DNA of 64,000 bases. Source: Hypanus sabinus. Its lineage: Eukaryota. Position numbers and translations under genes: made by a program. The notes below the pieces were generated by a model, which saw only the letters and a list, made by a program, of their open reading frames with translations, was not told the origin of the DNA and did not search any database. Positions within the stretch are counted from its first letter, which is position 1. Every line of letters starts with the position of its first letter. Positions 47,136 through 60,292 of the stretch are shown here, in pieces. The stretch is from NCBI RefSeq assembly GCF_030144855.1, contig NC_082714.1, positions 144,832,001-144,896,000 of the forward strand, given 5' to 3'.

Positions 47136-47679
47136 CAGTCAGGTACACCTGTACACCTGCTTGTTAATGCAAATATCTATCAGCCAATTATATGGCAGCA
47201 GCCCAATAAATAAACACGTGGAAACATGCTCAAGAGGTTCAGTTGTTGTCCAGACCAAATATCAGAATGGAGAAGAAATATGATCTAAGTGACTTTGACC
47301 ATGGAATGATTGTTGGTGCCAGGCAGGTGGTTTGGGTATCTCAGAAACTCCTGATCACATGGGATTTTCAAACACAACAGTCTCTGGAGTTTAGAGGGAA
47401 TAGGAATGGTGTGAGAAACAAAAACTATCCAGTGAGTGGCAGTTCTGGGGGTGAAGATGCCTTGTTAATGAGAGAGGTTAGAGGAGAATGGGCAGACTAG
47501 TTCAAGCTGACAGGAAGACGACAGTTGCATGTTACAACAGCGATATGTAGAAAAGCATCTCTGAATGTACAACATGTTGAACCTTGAAGTGGATGGGCAA
47601 CAACAGCAGAAGATCAGACATACACTCAATGACCACTTTATTATGTACAGGAGGTTTCTAGTAAAGAGGCTAGTGAGTG
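47136..47679 (+). mobile_element. Internally deleted Tc1 transposon capped by a 57-bp TIR-TIR mini-element; lies within a degraded CR1 RT (46880-48120)
   Basis: MEKKYDLSDFDHGMIVGARQ; TA|CACTCAATGACCACTTTATTATGTAC-AGGAG-GTTTCTAGTAAAGAGGCTAGTGAGTG|TA at 47623-47679. Confidence 0.8.
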
Positions 47680-50600
47680 TAGAAAACAAAGTGTAGGATT
47701 ATTCATGTTTTTCTTGTGTTGCCAGACTCTGATTAGTCGGATTCCCTGTGTATCAGAGCTTGGGACAAACTGGATGATTTATGTCAAAAGTTTGACTGAA
47801 AGGAAAAATATAATATTTCAATTATTGCTAATGACATGAAACTAAACAGTAATGTGAGAAACTGGGAAATGATGAGGTCCAAAGAGATTTGGATTGTCCT
47901 TGAATGTAAGGGAATGCAAGCAAGCATGCAAAACATCTGAAATGACAAACACATTGCAAGAGGATTTGAGTGCAAGAAATCTCACTCCAATTATATCAAT
48001 CCCAAGTGAGACCACACCTATAGAGTTGTGAGCAATTTTAGCTTTCTTTCTTCAAGAAGGATATACTTGCTAAAGTGGGTGTGTGGCAAAGATTCACCAG
48101 AGGGTCTCCTGGGATAAAATCTCCTTACAGAAAGAGAGATGAAGTGACCTAAGTCTTTTGAAAAGTTGTACACATGTCTCTGATGACTAGAAATGCAAAA
48201 GCTATTCAGGTGGATTTAAATAAGTGAAATAAAATTATAACTTTACTTTGAAGCAACTTACACCCCAAGAATGTCATTGCAATATTTCAAAAGGCTTTTT
48301 GCAGCTGTGAATATCATAAGGCCTTCAGCGTAGTTGCCCAAGGCCAAGATATTGTTTACAGGCCATTCTGCTTCAATGTGTGGCCAGAAGATCAAAGCCT
48401 CTGGAATATCAGACTCAAAGTAATTGCAAATCAAATTGAAAATCTTTGGAGAGGGAGAAGGAATGGAGAGAAAATGCTGCCAGTGGTTCAGATCCAAGTT
48501 TATCCAGGTTAGCATATCTGCTAAAGCATCTTCATAATCTGCATTTTACAACAATACTTAATCTCATGTTAGTTCAGTCAATAACTCATTAGGAGCAAAG
48601 TTAATGAATGACATTATGTAATTTCATTTCTTAGCAAAAATAGCATTACTGTTAAGGCCACAGTTGACACAATAATATTTATTTACAATGCTCTGAATCG
48701 AGTCTACAAGTCTCCCTAAAGTGCCAAAGGAAAAATGGTTTGTTTCCCAGCAGAGTCTCGGCATGCCGTGGGATGTTTTTCCAACAGTCATGATGTTTAT
48801 AGCTGACTAGTCAATTTGCAGAATCATTTATTGCAACTCATTTACCATTTCAAAACATTTAGATGGTTTTTACTGAGTTTGACGGTGTCAAGAATATTTT
48901 CTATTTCTTCATAATAGTTTTTTTTAAGCCTGCAAGTTTTTTTCTTTTTACACTCTGCATTAAACAATAATATGTATCATGGCTTCAGTCTTGGAGAATT
49001 TACCATCTTTGCATTTAGAAATATATTGGCAGCATTTTCCATTATCCAAAAAATTTTCACTGAAGTTCTTGATATCTTGGCTAATGTGGTATGATCATTG
49101 CAATTTTCCCCTACTAATAGAATATTTATCTAGGCAAGCAATTATTTTGATTTATATGAAATTGACCGACGAGCATTGAACATTAATTGTTCATCCCCAG
49201 TTGCCTTGAGAAGGCAGTGTTGATGGAGTGTTTTATTAAGCGAGTTCAAATTACATTTAAAGAGCATTCTAAATTGGTTTGGGACAAGGGTTACCTATAG
49301 GTCAGACAATGTAAAGCAACAATTCTTTTTTGTAAAATGAACTAGTTACCTCTTTACACCAGTCTCACAACTCTTTGGCCTCTTTACGCAATACAAATTT
49401 TTTCTAGTCATTTTTAACAGAAAATCCTAATTTTTAAAACATCATGGTAAAATATGGAACCAATCTAAGCTTACAGATTCATGGCTATACAATGACTACA
49501 TTACAAATAAAAAAGAAAATGCCTGAAGCAGGACATCTGCTGAGAGAAGTAAAGGTTTACTATTTTGTGTGTTTGTTCTTTCTTGGGAATATATTTTGGT
49601 GAAAATGTGGGCTATAAAACTAGCCATATAAATGACAGCCAAATAGCTTAGACAAATTGTTATAGAAAAGCACATGAAGGACTGTGCCTTACTTTTCTGT
49701 GACTCTATGGATATGGAGAGATATGGGTATGGAGGTGCAGTCGATTCAAGTAAGCAGATTAAATGGTTTGTATGGACTAGATGGGCCAAAGAGTCTGTTT
49801 CCTTCCCACTTCTACTAATTGATGCAAAGGATTAACAAAACAACAAGTCTAAAATATACAAAATAATTACTACAGTAGAAGGACCTACGCCCTTCTGCTC
49901 ATCAAGGACTTCGACTTATGATGACTGGCCTGGAGACTCTTCGATGTCCTTGGCACATTCTGAATGGACAGCTTCATTATAAATATCAAGATCTGTTTTT
50001 AACCTTCTCATTGCAATGTGTTCCTGCAATTGGTCTAATACTCATGACTTGTTTTTGGATCTTTGGCAGGATCCTTGAATTTGTATTTTTATGTCATATT
50101 TTTACTGACCACATATATTTTCCATTTTTTTCTTGAATATTTTCTTTTCTGGGTATATATCAATATTAAAATGTCAGGTTTAAGTGTTACAGAACTGATA
50201 TGGAAAAGTTGCTGAAAGTTCAGTTCTAACTTAAATTTTTTCAGTTCAAATTTAAGGAAGTAAATATTTAGAATCACGGTCATCTCCTCTGTCTCAATAA
50301 AAGATAAGCGGTTTAATTTAACGTATGGGACTAAATTAATTGTTCTTTTGAAAAACAATGCCTAACTGATAACTTTTATAGATGTTGACAGTGGCTCTAT
50401 GTATTTTCAACCATTTCTGTCAAATGTTCTTTTGTTTTCAGATGCCTTTTTTCAGTTAATCCAGTAGACGTTTAAACAGTTCTCAGTGATTTGTTGCCTG
50501 GAGTACAACATTTAATTTTAAACATTACCTTGTTTTATACTGTGCATTCATTTCCTTCATACTACAAAACCAAGGCTCGTTTATGACCACAAACCTGCCT

Positions 50601-50974
50601 TCATATTCATCATGTGCTTTTTCTCCATTTTACTACTCACTTTCTAGACTGATGTTGTTTTTGTACAGTGAAATATTATGCCAGTTTTGTGTTGCTAGAA
50701 GTTGGTGACTACTTTCAGACTGATCAGCATCTCGTCATTAAGACATCCTTAGTTAAACAACTGCTGAACGGAGGGTTACATCACCTCTCATTTGAACAAC
50801 AGTCAAAGTAGAATTTAACAATTTTTAGTAAATAAACCAGCATGAAAAAGCACGGGAATCTTTGGCTGGTGAAATGAATGAAGGACATACGATGATATAA
50901 TTTTATGATTCAGTGTTGGCTATTATGACTGTCTTACCATTAATGCTTTAATTTAAATGTGATTCAGGTTGTAT

Positions 50975-51543
50975 GTATTTTGTTGAAGTTGTATAAGACA
51001 TTGGTGAGGCCTAGTTTGAAGTACTGTGGGCAGCTTTGGTCACCTGCCTACAGGAAATATGTGAATAAGGCTGAAGCAGTACAGAGAAAATTTACAAGGA
51101 TGTTGCTGGATCTTGAGGACCTGAGTTACATGGAAAAGTTGTTTCTGGAATGCAGAAGATTGAGAGGAGTTTTGATAGAGGTATACAAAACTATGAGGGG
51201 TATAGATAAGGTAAATGCATGCAGGCTATTTCCATTGAGGTTGGGTGGGACTACAATGATGAGTCATGGGTTAAAGGTGAAAAGTGAAAAGTTTAAGGGG
51301 AACATGAGTGGAAACCATTTTAGAGGGTCGTGAGGGTATGGAACGAGCTGTCAATGCAACTGGTGCATACAAGCTTGATTTCAATGTTTAAAAGAAGGTT
51401 GGATAGGTACCTGGATGGTAGGAATATGGAGGGCTATGGTCCCAGTACAGGTTGATGGGAGTAGGCAGTTTAAATGGCTCAGCATGAACTAGATGGGATG
51501 AAGGGCCTATTTTTATTCTGTACTTTTCTATGACTCTATGACT
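50975..51543 (+). mobile_element. CR1 LINE 3' end
   Basis: ORF 50959-51333 LYKTLVRPSLKYCGQLWSP...RRLRGVLIEVYKTMRGID; (CTATGACT)n tail. Confidence 0.9.
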
Positions 51544-51744
51544 ATTCTTTTCTACTTAAAGTAGTTCTTTGAAAATTAATTAATTGAATAAATAAATTCA
51601 AAATTTTAATTTAATTGTAACTTTTTGGTGGTTGGTACCACTACATTTGGATACTGTTAACTTGTCTCATAAACTGGAAACCTATCCTTTCAATATTCCT
51701 TTGAATAAAACATTTTTGGTCATGAGAAAAAGTGAATGCTTATT

Positions 51745-52155
51745 GTAGCTCCTTCCCTCTGCTAGCCTGCAAGTCACCCTTGGGGATGGTGTAGCACCTG
51801 CTTAGCCACCCATTCAGGGTGAAACGGCCACATGAAGCCATGGGAGCAGGTGGTGGATGGTCATATGAGCTGCTGGTGCATATCATAAGTCCTGGTTATG
51901 TGACCAGGCAGGCAATCTCTGAAGAGTATAGATAATTGCAGGGGTCACCTATCTGGAAAAAAGACACTGTCCAGAAGAAGATTTTGGGAAACGACTTTCC
52001 GTGGAAAAAAATTGCCAGGAACGATCATGGTCATAGATAACAAAAAGAACAAGAACAAAAGTGTGAAGGGGGAGGTCTTCCGCACAGGCAATAGAGACAG
52101 GTGGAAGACCGCGATCGCCATGACATGCAACGGGGCACACAGTAATGCTGATAAT
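51745..52155 (+). mobile_element. RTE/Bov-B-like bipartite non-autonomous element
   Basis: GGGAAACGACTTTCCGTGGAAAAAAATTGCCAGGAACGATCATGG and GATCGCCATGACATGCAACGGGGCACACAGTAATG resemble RTE 5' and 3' motifs. Confidence 0.5.
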
Positions 52156-52471
52156 TATCATGGGGGTGGAGTTGTTGAGAGTATGTGACAGCATGGTATT
52201 AGTAAACTCCCTCTAACTTTCTGTCACTTAAAATGAATCAAGTTAAAATTGAGAAAAGTGTATTAGATTACGAGAGGCATAGGTAGAGTGGACAGCCAAT
52301 GCCTTTTACCTAGTGCATCAATGGGAAATATCAGAGGATTTCTATTGTTGAGGAAAGTTCAGTGGAAATATCAGAGGTAGGTTTTTTACAGAAGGAGTGG
52401 TATGTGCCTTGAACTACCTCGCTAAGGGTAGTGATAGAGGCTGATAAGTTAAGGACATTTAAGAGATTTTT

Positions 52472-52597
52472 GCATTGGCTGGTAGTGTACTGGACTGCAA
52501 GGCAGATGATCTTGAGTTTGAATCCAAAACCCTATGGACAACTACACTATCCATAGGGTCACGATGGGTCAACAGCGACTCGACAGCACCCAGCAAC
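52472..52597 (+). mobile_element. 126-bp tRNA-headed SINE with RTE-type tail
   Basis: TSD AAGAGA(T/C)TTTT at 52461-52471 and 52598-52608; B-box-like GAGTTTGAATCC; ACCCTATGGA...TCCATAGGGT stem; CGACTCGACAGCAC tail. Confidence 0.7.
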
Positions 52598-52684
52598 AAG
52601 AGACTTTTAGATAGGTATATAAGATGTAAGAAAAATGGAGGGTTATTGGCAGTGTAGGAATGAAGAGTTAGATTGATCATGGAG

Positions 52685-53385
52685 TGGAGTAGCACGGTAG
52701 TATATTGGTTAGCATAAAGCTTTACAATATAGGCCAATGTAACCATAGAACCATATAACAATTACAGCATGGAAACAGGCCATCTCAGCCCTTCTAGTTT
52801 ACTCTCCCTAGTCCCGCTGACCTGCACTCAGCCCATAACCCTTCATTCCTTTCCTGTCCATACACCTATCCAAGTTTTTTTTAAATGACAATATCGAACC
52901 TGCCTCTACCACTTCTACTGGAAGCTTGTTCCACACAGCTACCACTCTCTGAGTAAAGAAATTCCCCCTCGTGTTACCCCTAAACTTTTGCCACTTAACT
53001 CTCAACTCATGTCCTCTTGTTTGAATTTCCCCTACTCTCAATGGAAAAAGCCTATCCACATCAACTCTATCTATTCCCCTCATAATTTTAAATAGCTCTA
53101 TCTAGTCCCCCCTCAACCTTCTATGCTCCAAAGAATAAAGACCTAACTTGCTCAACCTAACTTGTAAGGCTGAGTGTAAGGAATTTGTACCTTCTCCCCA
53201 TGACCATGTGGGTTTCCTCCAGGTGCTCCAGTTTCCTCCTCACATCAGTTGGTAGATTAATTGGTCATTGTAAATTGCTCTGTGATTAGGCTAGGGTTAA
53301 ATTGGGGGTTGCTAGGCAGCGCTGCTCAAGGGACTGGATGGGCTTATTTTGCGCTTCATTTCAATAAATAAATAAAAGAAATAAA
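52685..53385 (+). mobile_element. V-SINE split by a CR1 insertion
   Basis: Head at 52685-52740; V-domain and (AAAT)n tail at 53170-53385. Confidence 0.75.
52741..53165 (-). mobile_element. Young CR1 3' end
   Basis: ORF 52808-53083 MRGIDRVDVDRLFPLRVGEIQTRGHELRV...FFTQRVVAVWNKLP. Confidence 0.9.
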
Positions 53386-54204
53386 TAGATTGGCACAACA
53401 GCATGGGCAGAAGGGCCCACACTGTGCTGTACTGTTCTATGTTCAGGTGGTTCCGCTTGATGCCAGGTAATATTCATTCTGCATAGGCAATGGGAGAGAT
53501 ATCTCATGGAGTCAACTTCATCATTTTATTTGGTAAAAATGGCAATCAATTTGAAATGGAAACCTGAAATCTTCATCATTGCACCATTTAAAAACTTGGC
53601 TAAACACAAATTTATCTACAACTCCAAAAGTATTATTTTTTATTTTTGAAACAAGAAACTAAATGGATCTGTTCATATAAGGTTATTTGTTCTCATTTTT
53701 TAATTTAAATAGCAAAAGAAACAGACAAATATATTCACTGAAATGTGTTAAGGAAGACGGTTGCTGCAGCTGTTGGTCTGCAGTACAGGAAACATTAATC
53801 TATCTCTTGTTTTGCTAGGGATTATGTTTTAATCTTTCATTTAAGGAGTCCAAGTATTGATATATCCTCTGTGCTGGAAAGAGGGCTGACGGTTATTAAT
53901 ACTCCAGGCATCCGAGCAGGCAGTGAGGTACATCTGGACTTTCCCCCCGTTCTGTGTTCTTATCCTTCCTATTTTCTTAAAACTTCATCAGAGAAACAAT
54001 GATTTATATTTATATAGGTCAGGGGTCAAAACAATATTTGATACAGATTTAATGGATAATGCGATGGTGTGACTGAGTCTCAAAAAGGAAGACAGAGTCA
54101 GGGAGATCTGGAGAGGGAATTCAAGTGTTTTCAGTTTTGGCATAGTAAAAGCACTATAGCCAGTGGTGGAACATCTAGAATCAGGGTTATGTAAATTTCT
54201 CAGA

Positions 54205-54423
54205 AATTGAATTAAATTGACTTTATTTCTTACATCCTTCACATACATGAGGAGTTAAAATCTTTACATTATGGCTTAATCTAAATGTGCAATGTTCAAT
54301 TTATAATAATTTGTAATAAATAGTATGTACAACAGGACAGTCAATATAACATAGAAATACAATTGTATCAGTGTATCATTCTGATGGCCTGGTGAAAGAA
54401 GCTGTTCTGGAGCCTGTTGTTCC
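54205..54423 (-). mobile_element. Rex1/Babar 3' tail
   Basis: Near-identical to 18623-18840. Confidence 0.8.
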
Positions 54424-54519
54424 ACAGACTTCAAGATTTTTCTAATGCTCCAATTCTAGATAATTGTGCATCCCCAATTTTAACTGTGCTGGCTCTACTG
54501 ATAGTAATGACTGACTGTG

Positions 54520-54775
54520 AGCACGTCTTACTATATGAAAGAAATGCAAGGAGGAAAGGTGCCAAAGGGAAGTGAAGGGCAGGTAAGGAGAAGAGAAGGT
54601 AGTAAAAGTGAGCGAAAATAGGATATGGAAAAAGAGAGAAAGGAAAGGGGAAAGAAATGGCCAGAAAGAGAATTCCTTTCATGCTGTCACGATGAACACT
54701 ACCCAGATAGAATATGAGGTGTTGTTCCTCAAACCTGAGATTTCCAGCATCTGCAGAATCTCTTTTGTTTCTGCT
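54520..54775 (-). mobile_element. Penelope remnant
   Basis: Reverse strand encodes LRFEEQHLIFYLGS; adjacent TTTCCAGCATCTGCAGAATCTC end in inverted orientation. Confidence 0.65.
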
Positions 54776-54839
54776 TTACAAGAAATGCAACATTTCTGCA
54801 GATTGGTGATAACATCTCCTTCTTATTGACAATCAATTC

Positions 54840-55808
54840 AGGCACACCTTAAGGATGGGTGCTAAGCCCATTGTTCTGTTCATCTCTACACCTATGACTG
54901 TGTGGCTAAGTGCAGCTCAAGCCCCATCTAGAAATTTGCCAGTGTCACCACTGTTGTTGGTAATATCTCAGATGATGATGAAGAAGCATGCAGAACAGAG
55001 ATGGATCAGAATATTGAGCGGTGTCACAACCTGCTCACACTTGACTACACTCAAGGTCAGCAAGACCAGGGAATGGACTGTGAACCCTAGGAAGGGAAAG
55101 TGAGGAGAACCCATACCAATCCTCAATGAGGGGTCAGAAGTAGAGAGAGTGAACATATTCAAGTTCCTGGGTGTTATATCGCTGAGGGTCTAACCAGGAC
55201 TCAACATATCAATGCAGAAATAAAGAAGTCATGACAGCAGCTATGTTTCATTAGGAGTTTGAGGAGATTTGATATGACATCTAAAGCACATGCAAATTTC
55301 TACAGATGTACCGTGGAGAGCCTTCATACTGGCTGCATCACCGGCTGGTATAGGGGTGGAGCGATGGCACAGGATTGAAGTAAGCTGCAGAGAGTTAGGC
55401 TGCTCCATCACGGCCACCAGCCCACCTTCAAAACATCTTCAAGGAGCGATGCCTCAAAAAGGTGGTGTCCAGCATTAAGGACTCCCACCACCCAGGACAA
55501 GCTCCATCAGGAAGGAGGTACAGAAGCTGAAAGTGATTCAAGAACAACTTCTGCCCCTCTGCCACCTGATTTCTGAATGGACATTGAACCCATGAGCACC
55601 ATCTCATTATTTTTAAAATTTTTATAAGTGTGTATATATATATATCTTACTGTAATTCATAGATTTAATATATATTAATATATATTAAAACATATATTAA
55701 TATATAAATATATTAACCTATATATTATCATGCATTTCATTATACTGCTGCCACAAAGTTCACAACTTATGCCAGTGATATTAAACCTGATTCTGAATCT
55801 AATTCTGA
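54840..55808 (+). mobile_element. Rex1/Babar LINE 3' portion
   Basis: LKVSKTREWTV, FKFLGV, NFYRCTVES; TGATATTAAACCTGATTCTGA tail. Confidence 0.8.
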
Positions 55809-56027
55809 CCAAAGCTGTAATGTCTGAATTCAGAGATGCACAAATAGCTAGAATTGGAACTGAGTAAAAGCTGTGTAAATTACTGAAAAGACCAGGATGA
55901 ATTAGTGACAATTTTCCTTAATTTCCTGTGTCAAATTTAATGTTTCAGATAACCACCTTCTAGACAAACAGTTTGCTAAATCTAATGATGGAGACAACTG
56001 AACATTTAATGTTTAGGTACAGAAAAC

Positions 56028-58646
56028 TAAGGGTAGAAAGACCCTAATGGGAGTTATCTACAGGCCCCCAAACAGCAGTCTAGATGTACGGTGCAAGTTG
56101 AATGAAGAGTTAGAATTGGCATGTCGCAAAGGTAATGATACAGTTGTCATGGGGGATTTCAACATGCCGGTAGACTGGGAGAATCAGAATGGTACTGGAC
56201 CCCAAGAAAGGGAGTTTGTGGACTGCCTCCGAGATGGATTCTTAGAACAGCTTGTACTGGAGCCTACCAGGAAGAAGGCAATTCTAGATTTAGTGTTGTG
56301 CAATGAACCAGATTTGATCAGGGACCTCGAGGTAAAGGAACCAGTAGGAGGTAGTGACCATAATATGATATGTTTTAACCTACAATTTGAGAAGGAGAAG
56401 GGAAAATCGGATGTGTTAGTATTACAGTTGAACAAAGGGAACTATGGAGCTATGAGGGAGGAGCTGGCCAAAGTTCAATGGAACAATACCCTAGCAGGGA
56501 AAACAGTGGAACAACAATGGCAAGTATTTCTGGGAATAATCCAGAAGGTGCAGGATCGGTTCATCTCAAAGAGGAAGAAAGATCCTAAGGGGAGTAAGGG
56601 GTGGCCTTGGCTGACAAGGGAAGTAAAGGGCAGTATAAAAATAAAAGAAAAGAAGTATAACATAGCAAAGATGAGCAGGAAACCGGAGGACTGGGAAGCT
56701 TTAAAAGAGCAACAGAAGATAACAAAAAAGGCAATACGCCAAGAAAAAATGAGGTATGAAGGTAAACTAGCCAAGAATATAAAGGAGGATAGTAAAATCT
56801 TTTTTAGGTATGTGAATAGCAAAAAAATAGTTAAGACCAAAATTGGGCCATTGAAGACAGAAACGGGTGAATTTATTATGGGGAACAAGGAAATGGCAGA
56901 CGAGTTGAACAGGTACTTTGGATCAGTCTTCACTAGGGAAGACACAAACAATCTCCCAGATGTAATAGTGGCCAAAGGAACTAGGGTAAAGGACAAACTG
57001 AAGGAAATTTATATTAGGCAAGAAACGGTGTTGGATAGACTGTTGAGTCTGAAGGCTGATAAGTCCCCGAGACCTGATGGTCTACATCCCAGAGTACTTA
57101 AAGAGGTGGCTCTAGAAATTGTGGACGCATTGGTAATCATTTTCCAATGTTCTATAGATTCAGTAACAGTTCCTGCTGATTGAAGGGTGGCTAATGTTAT
57201 CCCACTTTTCAAGAAAGGAGGGAGAGGGAAAACAGGGAATTATAGACCGGTTAGCCTGATGTCGGTGGTGGGAAAGATGCTGGAGTCAATTATAAAAGAG
57301 GAAATTACAACACATTTGGATAGCAGTAGAAGGATCAGTCCGAATCAGCATGGATTTATGAAGGGAAAATCATGCTTGACTAAACTTCTGGAGTTTTTTG
57401 AGGATGTAACTATGAAAATGGACAAGGGAGAGCCAGTGGATGTAGTGTACTTGGACTTCCAGAAAGCTTTTGATAAAGTCCCACATAGGAGATTAGAGGG
57501 CAAAATTAGGGCACATGGTATTGGGGGCAGAGTACTGACATGAATTGAAAATTGGCTGGCTGACAGGAAACAAAGAGTAGCAATTAACGGGCCCCTTTCA
57601 GAATGGCGGGCTGTGACCAGTGGGGTACCGCAAGGTTCGGTGCTGGGACCGCAGCTGTTTACAATATACATTAATGATTTAGATGAAGGGATTAAAAGTA
57701 ACGTTAGCAAATTTGCTGATGACACAAAGCTGGGTGGCAGTGTGAAATGTCAGGAGGATGTTATGAGAATGCAGGGTGACTTGGACAGGTTGGGTGAGTG
57801 GGCAAATGTATGGCAGATGCAGTTTAATGTGGATAAATGTGAGGTTATCCACTTTGGTGGCAAGAACAGGAAGGCAGATTACTATCTAAATGGAGTCAAG
57901 TTAGGAAAAGGGGAAGTACAACGAGATCTAGGTGTTCTTGTACATCAGTCAATGAAAGCAAGCATGCTGGTACAGCAGGCAGTGAAGAAAGCTAATGGCA
58001 TACTGGCCTTTATAACAATAGGAATTGAGTATAGGAGTAAAGAGGTTCTTCTGCAGCTGTAAAGGCCCCTGGTGTGACCCCACGTGGAGTACTGTGTGCA
58101 GGTTTGGTCTCCAAATTTGAGGAAGGACATTCTTGCTATTGAAGGAGTGCAGCATAGGTTCACAAAGTTAATTCCCGGAATGGCGGGACTGTCATATGTT
58201 GAAAGATTGGAGTGACTGGGCTTGTATACACTGGAATTTAGAAGGATGAGAGGGGATCTGATTGAAACATATAAGATTATTAAGGGATTGTACACGCTGG
58301 AGGCAGGAAGCATGTTCCCGCTGATGGGTGAGTCCAGAACTAGAGGCCACAGTTTAAGAATAAGGGGTAGGCCATTTAGAACAGAGATGCGGAAAAACTT
58401 TTTCACCCAGAGAGTGGTGGATATGTGGAATGCTCTGCCCTAGAAGGGAGTGGAGGCCAAGTCTCTGGATGCATTCAAGAGACAGTTAGATAGAGCTCTT
58501 ATAGATAGCGGGGTCAAGGGATATAGGGAGAGGGCAGGAACGGGGTACTGATTGTGTATGATCAGCCATGATCACAGTGAATGGCGGTGCTGGCTAGAAG
58601 GGCTGAAAGGCCTACTCCTGCACCTACTGTCTATTGTCTATTGTCT
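56028..58646 (+). mobile_element. CR1 LINE, 2.6-kb 5'-truncated copy; ORF2 (partial APE + RT) pseudogene
   Basis: Same-frame ORFs 56047-57183, 57187-57543, 57613-58062 and 58222-58443 with YRPP, MGDFN, SDHN, YLDFQKAFDKVPH, PQGSVLGP, FADD; six in-frame stops; (CTATTGT)n tail; probable TSD AAAAC. Confidence 0.97.
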
Positions 58647-60292
58647 AAAACATGGCTAGGATCTTTTCTGGGAATGATTTGATGACACTCAAATAATTTT
58701 TCACATTTTTATTCATTAGCTCATGATTCCTTTACTTCAAAAATTCAATATAGTTCTTTAGTGGTCAATTCGAATCAAACCAAATTACCACTGCTGGTGA
58801 CCACCACGGGTTTGTTATACTTGTACGACACACCCTCATCTCCAATAATGGTCATTCCAAGAGTCAATGATATGTGTTCGATCCTTTATTAGCAACTATT
58901 AAACATACAATCTTGACGTGTTGAAACGTAAGTGTACCCAAGTGTAAGTCAAGCATAATTGATTGGTCAACAAAAGATATGATATCCATCAGTTCCAGCT
59001 ACAAACTGCCATGAGCAAAGCCTGAAGTCGTAATTTATTCCCTTCACTTTTAGCACTCACATAACTAGTGATTATAATAAAGATAATAAACGTGCAGCAC
59101 AGAATACAATGCAGACAGAGAACTGATGCATGGCTCCTACGGTTGGTTTTGATTCTCTTTTTCTTACTTAGAAGTTATCAATAACTTAAAATGCTCTGTG
59201 TTTTATGGATACCTGATAATGCTATGAAACATGATACATATAAGATCCTAAAGGGGGTAACAGAGTGCCTATCAAGATATTTTCATTCAAAGAAGAAATA
59301 TAAAGAAAGGGACATGTTTACAAAACAAGGGGACAGACATTTCAAACTGACCTCCATAGGGACTTCTCAAAGTAAATTTCCAGAATTCCCTACCCAGAAA
59401 TTGTAGAGACTAGGTCTCTAACAATATTTAAATATTATATTTATTTTAATATAGTTACAGAGTGCGGAACAGACCCTTCCCACCCAGCAAACCCCTATTA
59501 AATAAACAGCTGAGGCTGGTTCATTGGCTATATTTAAGAGGAGGTTAGATATGGTCTTTGTGGCTAAAGGGATTGGGGGTATGGAGAGAAAGCAGGTACA
59601 GGGTTCTGAGTTGGATGATCAGCCATGATCATACTAAATGGCGTTATTTTCTACGTTTCTATTTAGCCCTAACCTAATCACAGGATACCGACTAACAGGG
59701 ACGACTTTGAACGGTGGGAGAAAACCAGAGCACCTGGTGGAAATCTATGCGGTCATGAGGATAACATACAATTTCCTCAAAGACTGCGCTGGAATTGAAC
59801 TCTGAACTCTGACACCCCAAACTGTAATGGCATTGTATTAACTGCTACACTACCATGGCATCACAGGAGATTAAAGGGTAACGTATAAGCTGCTGAAGGA
59901 TTGGAGAAAATAGAGCTGCAGAGAACTGGTACAGAACAGAAGATTAGGCTTGGGAGAGATCAGCCATTATTATATTGAATGGGGGGAGGTGTGGTGAAGA
60001 ACTGAGCGTTCTACTCCTGCTGCTCTGTTCTTATGTGCATGCAACCCAACAACTGGAACTTATAAAAATGGCAGGTACTAAATAACAAGATATGGTCAGA
60101 AGTCTCATTGGCAACTGATGCTTGACAACCGTATAACCAGAAGTCAAATACCGCAAAGGCAAACAAAATGCAACTTTGGCATAAGTTCTGTCAGAGAAAA
60201 AAGAATATTGTACTGACCGTGATTTGGCAAGTGTCATAATTGAGTTGAAATTGATAACAGGCTTCTCACTGAGTGGATTTATACGTATATAT

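Larger units (their letters stand above)
52255..53445 (+). mobile_element. CR1 3' end hosting nested SINEs and a CR1
   Basis: Colinear CR1 pieces at 52255-52471, 52598-52685 and 53386-53445. Confidence 0.7.

Noticed and set aside
55620-55725. AT-rich (TA)n tract as a special element
   Set aside because: Low-complexity expansion inside a Rex 3' UTR
56047-57183. 378-aa ORF as a host gene
   Set aside because: It is CR1 ORF2 (APE C-terminal part and linker), 5'-truncated and followed by in-frame stops
56475-58406. Minus-strand ORFs of 173, 126 and 153 aa
   Set aside because: Antisense shadows of the CR1 ORF2
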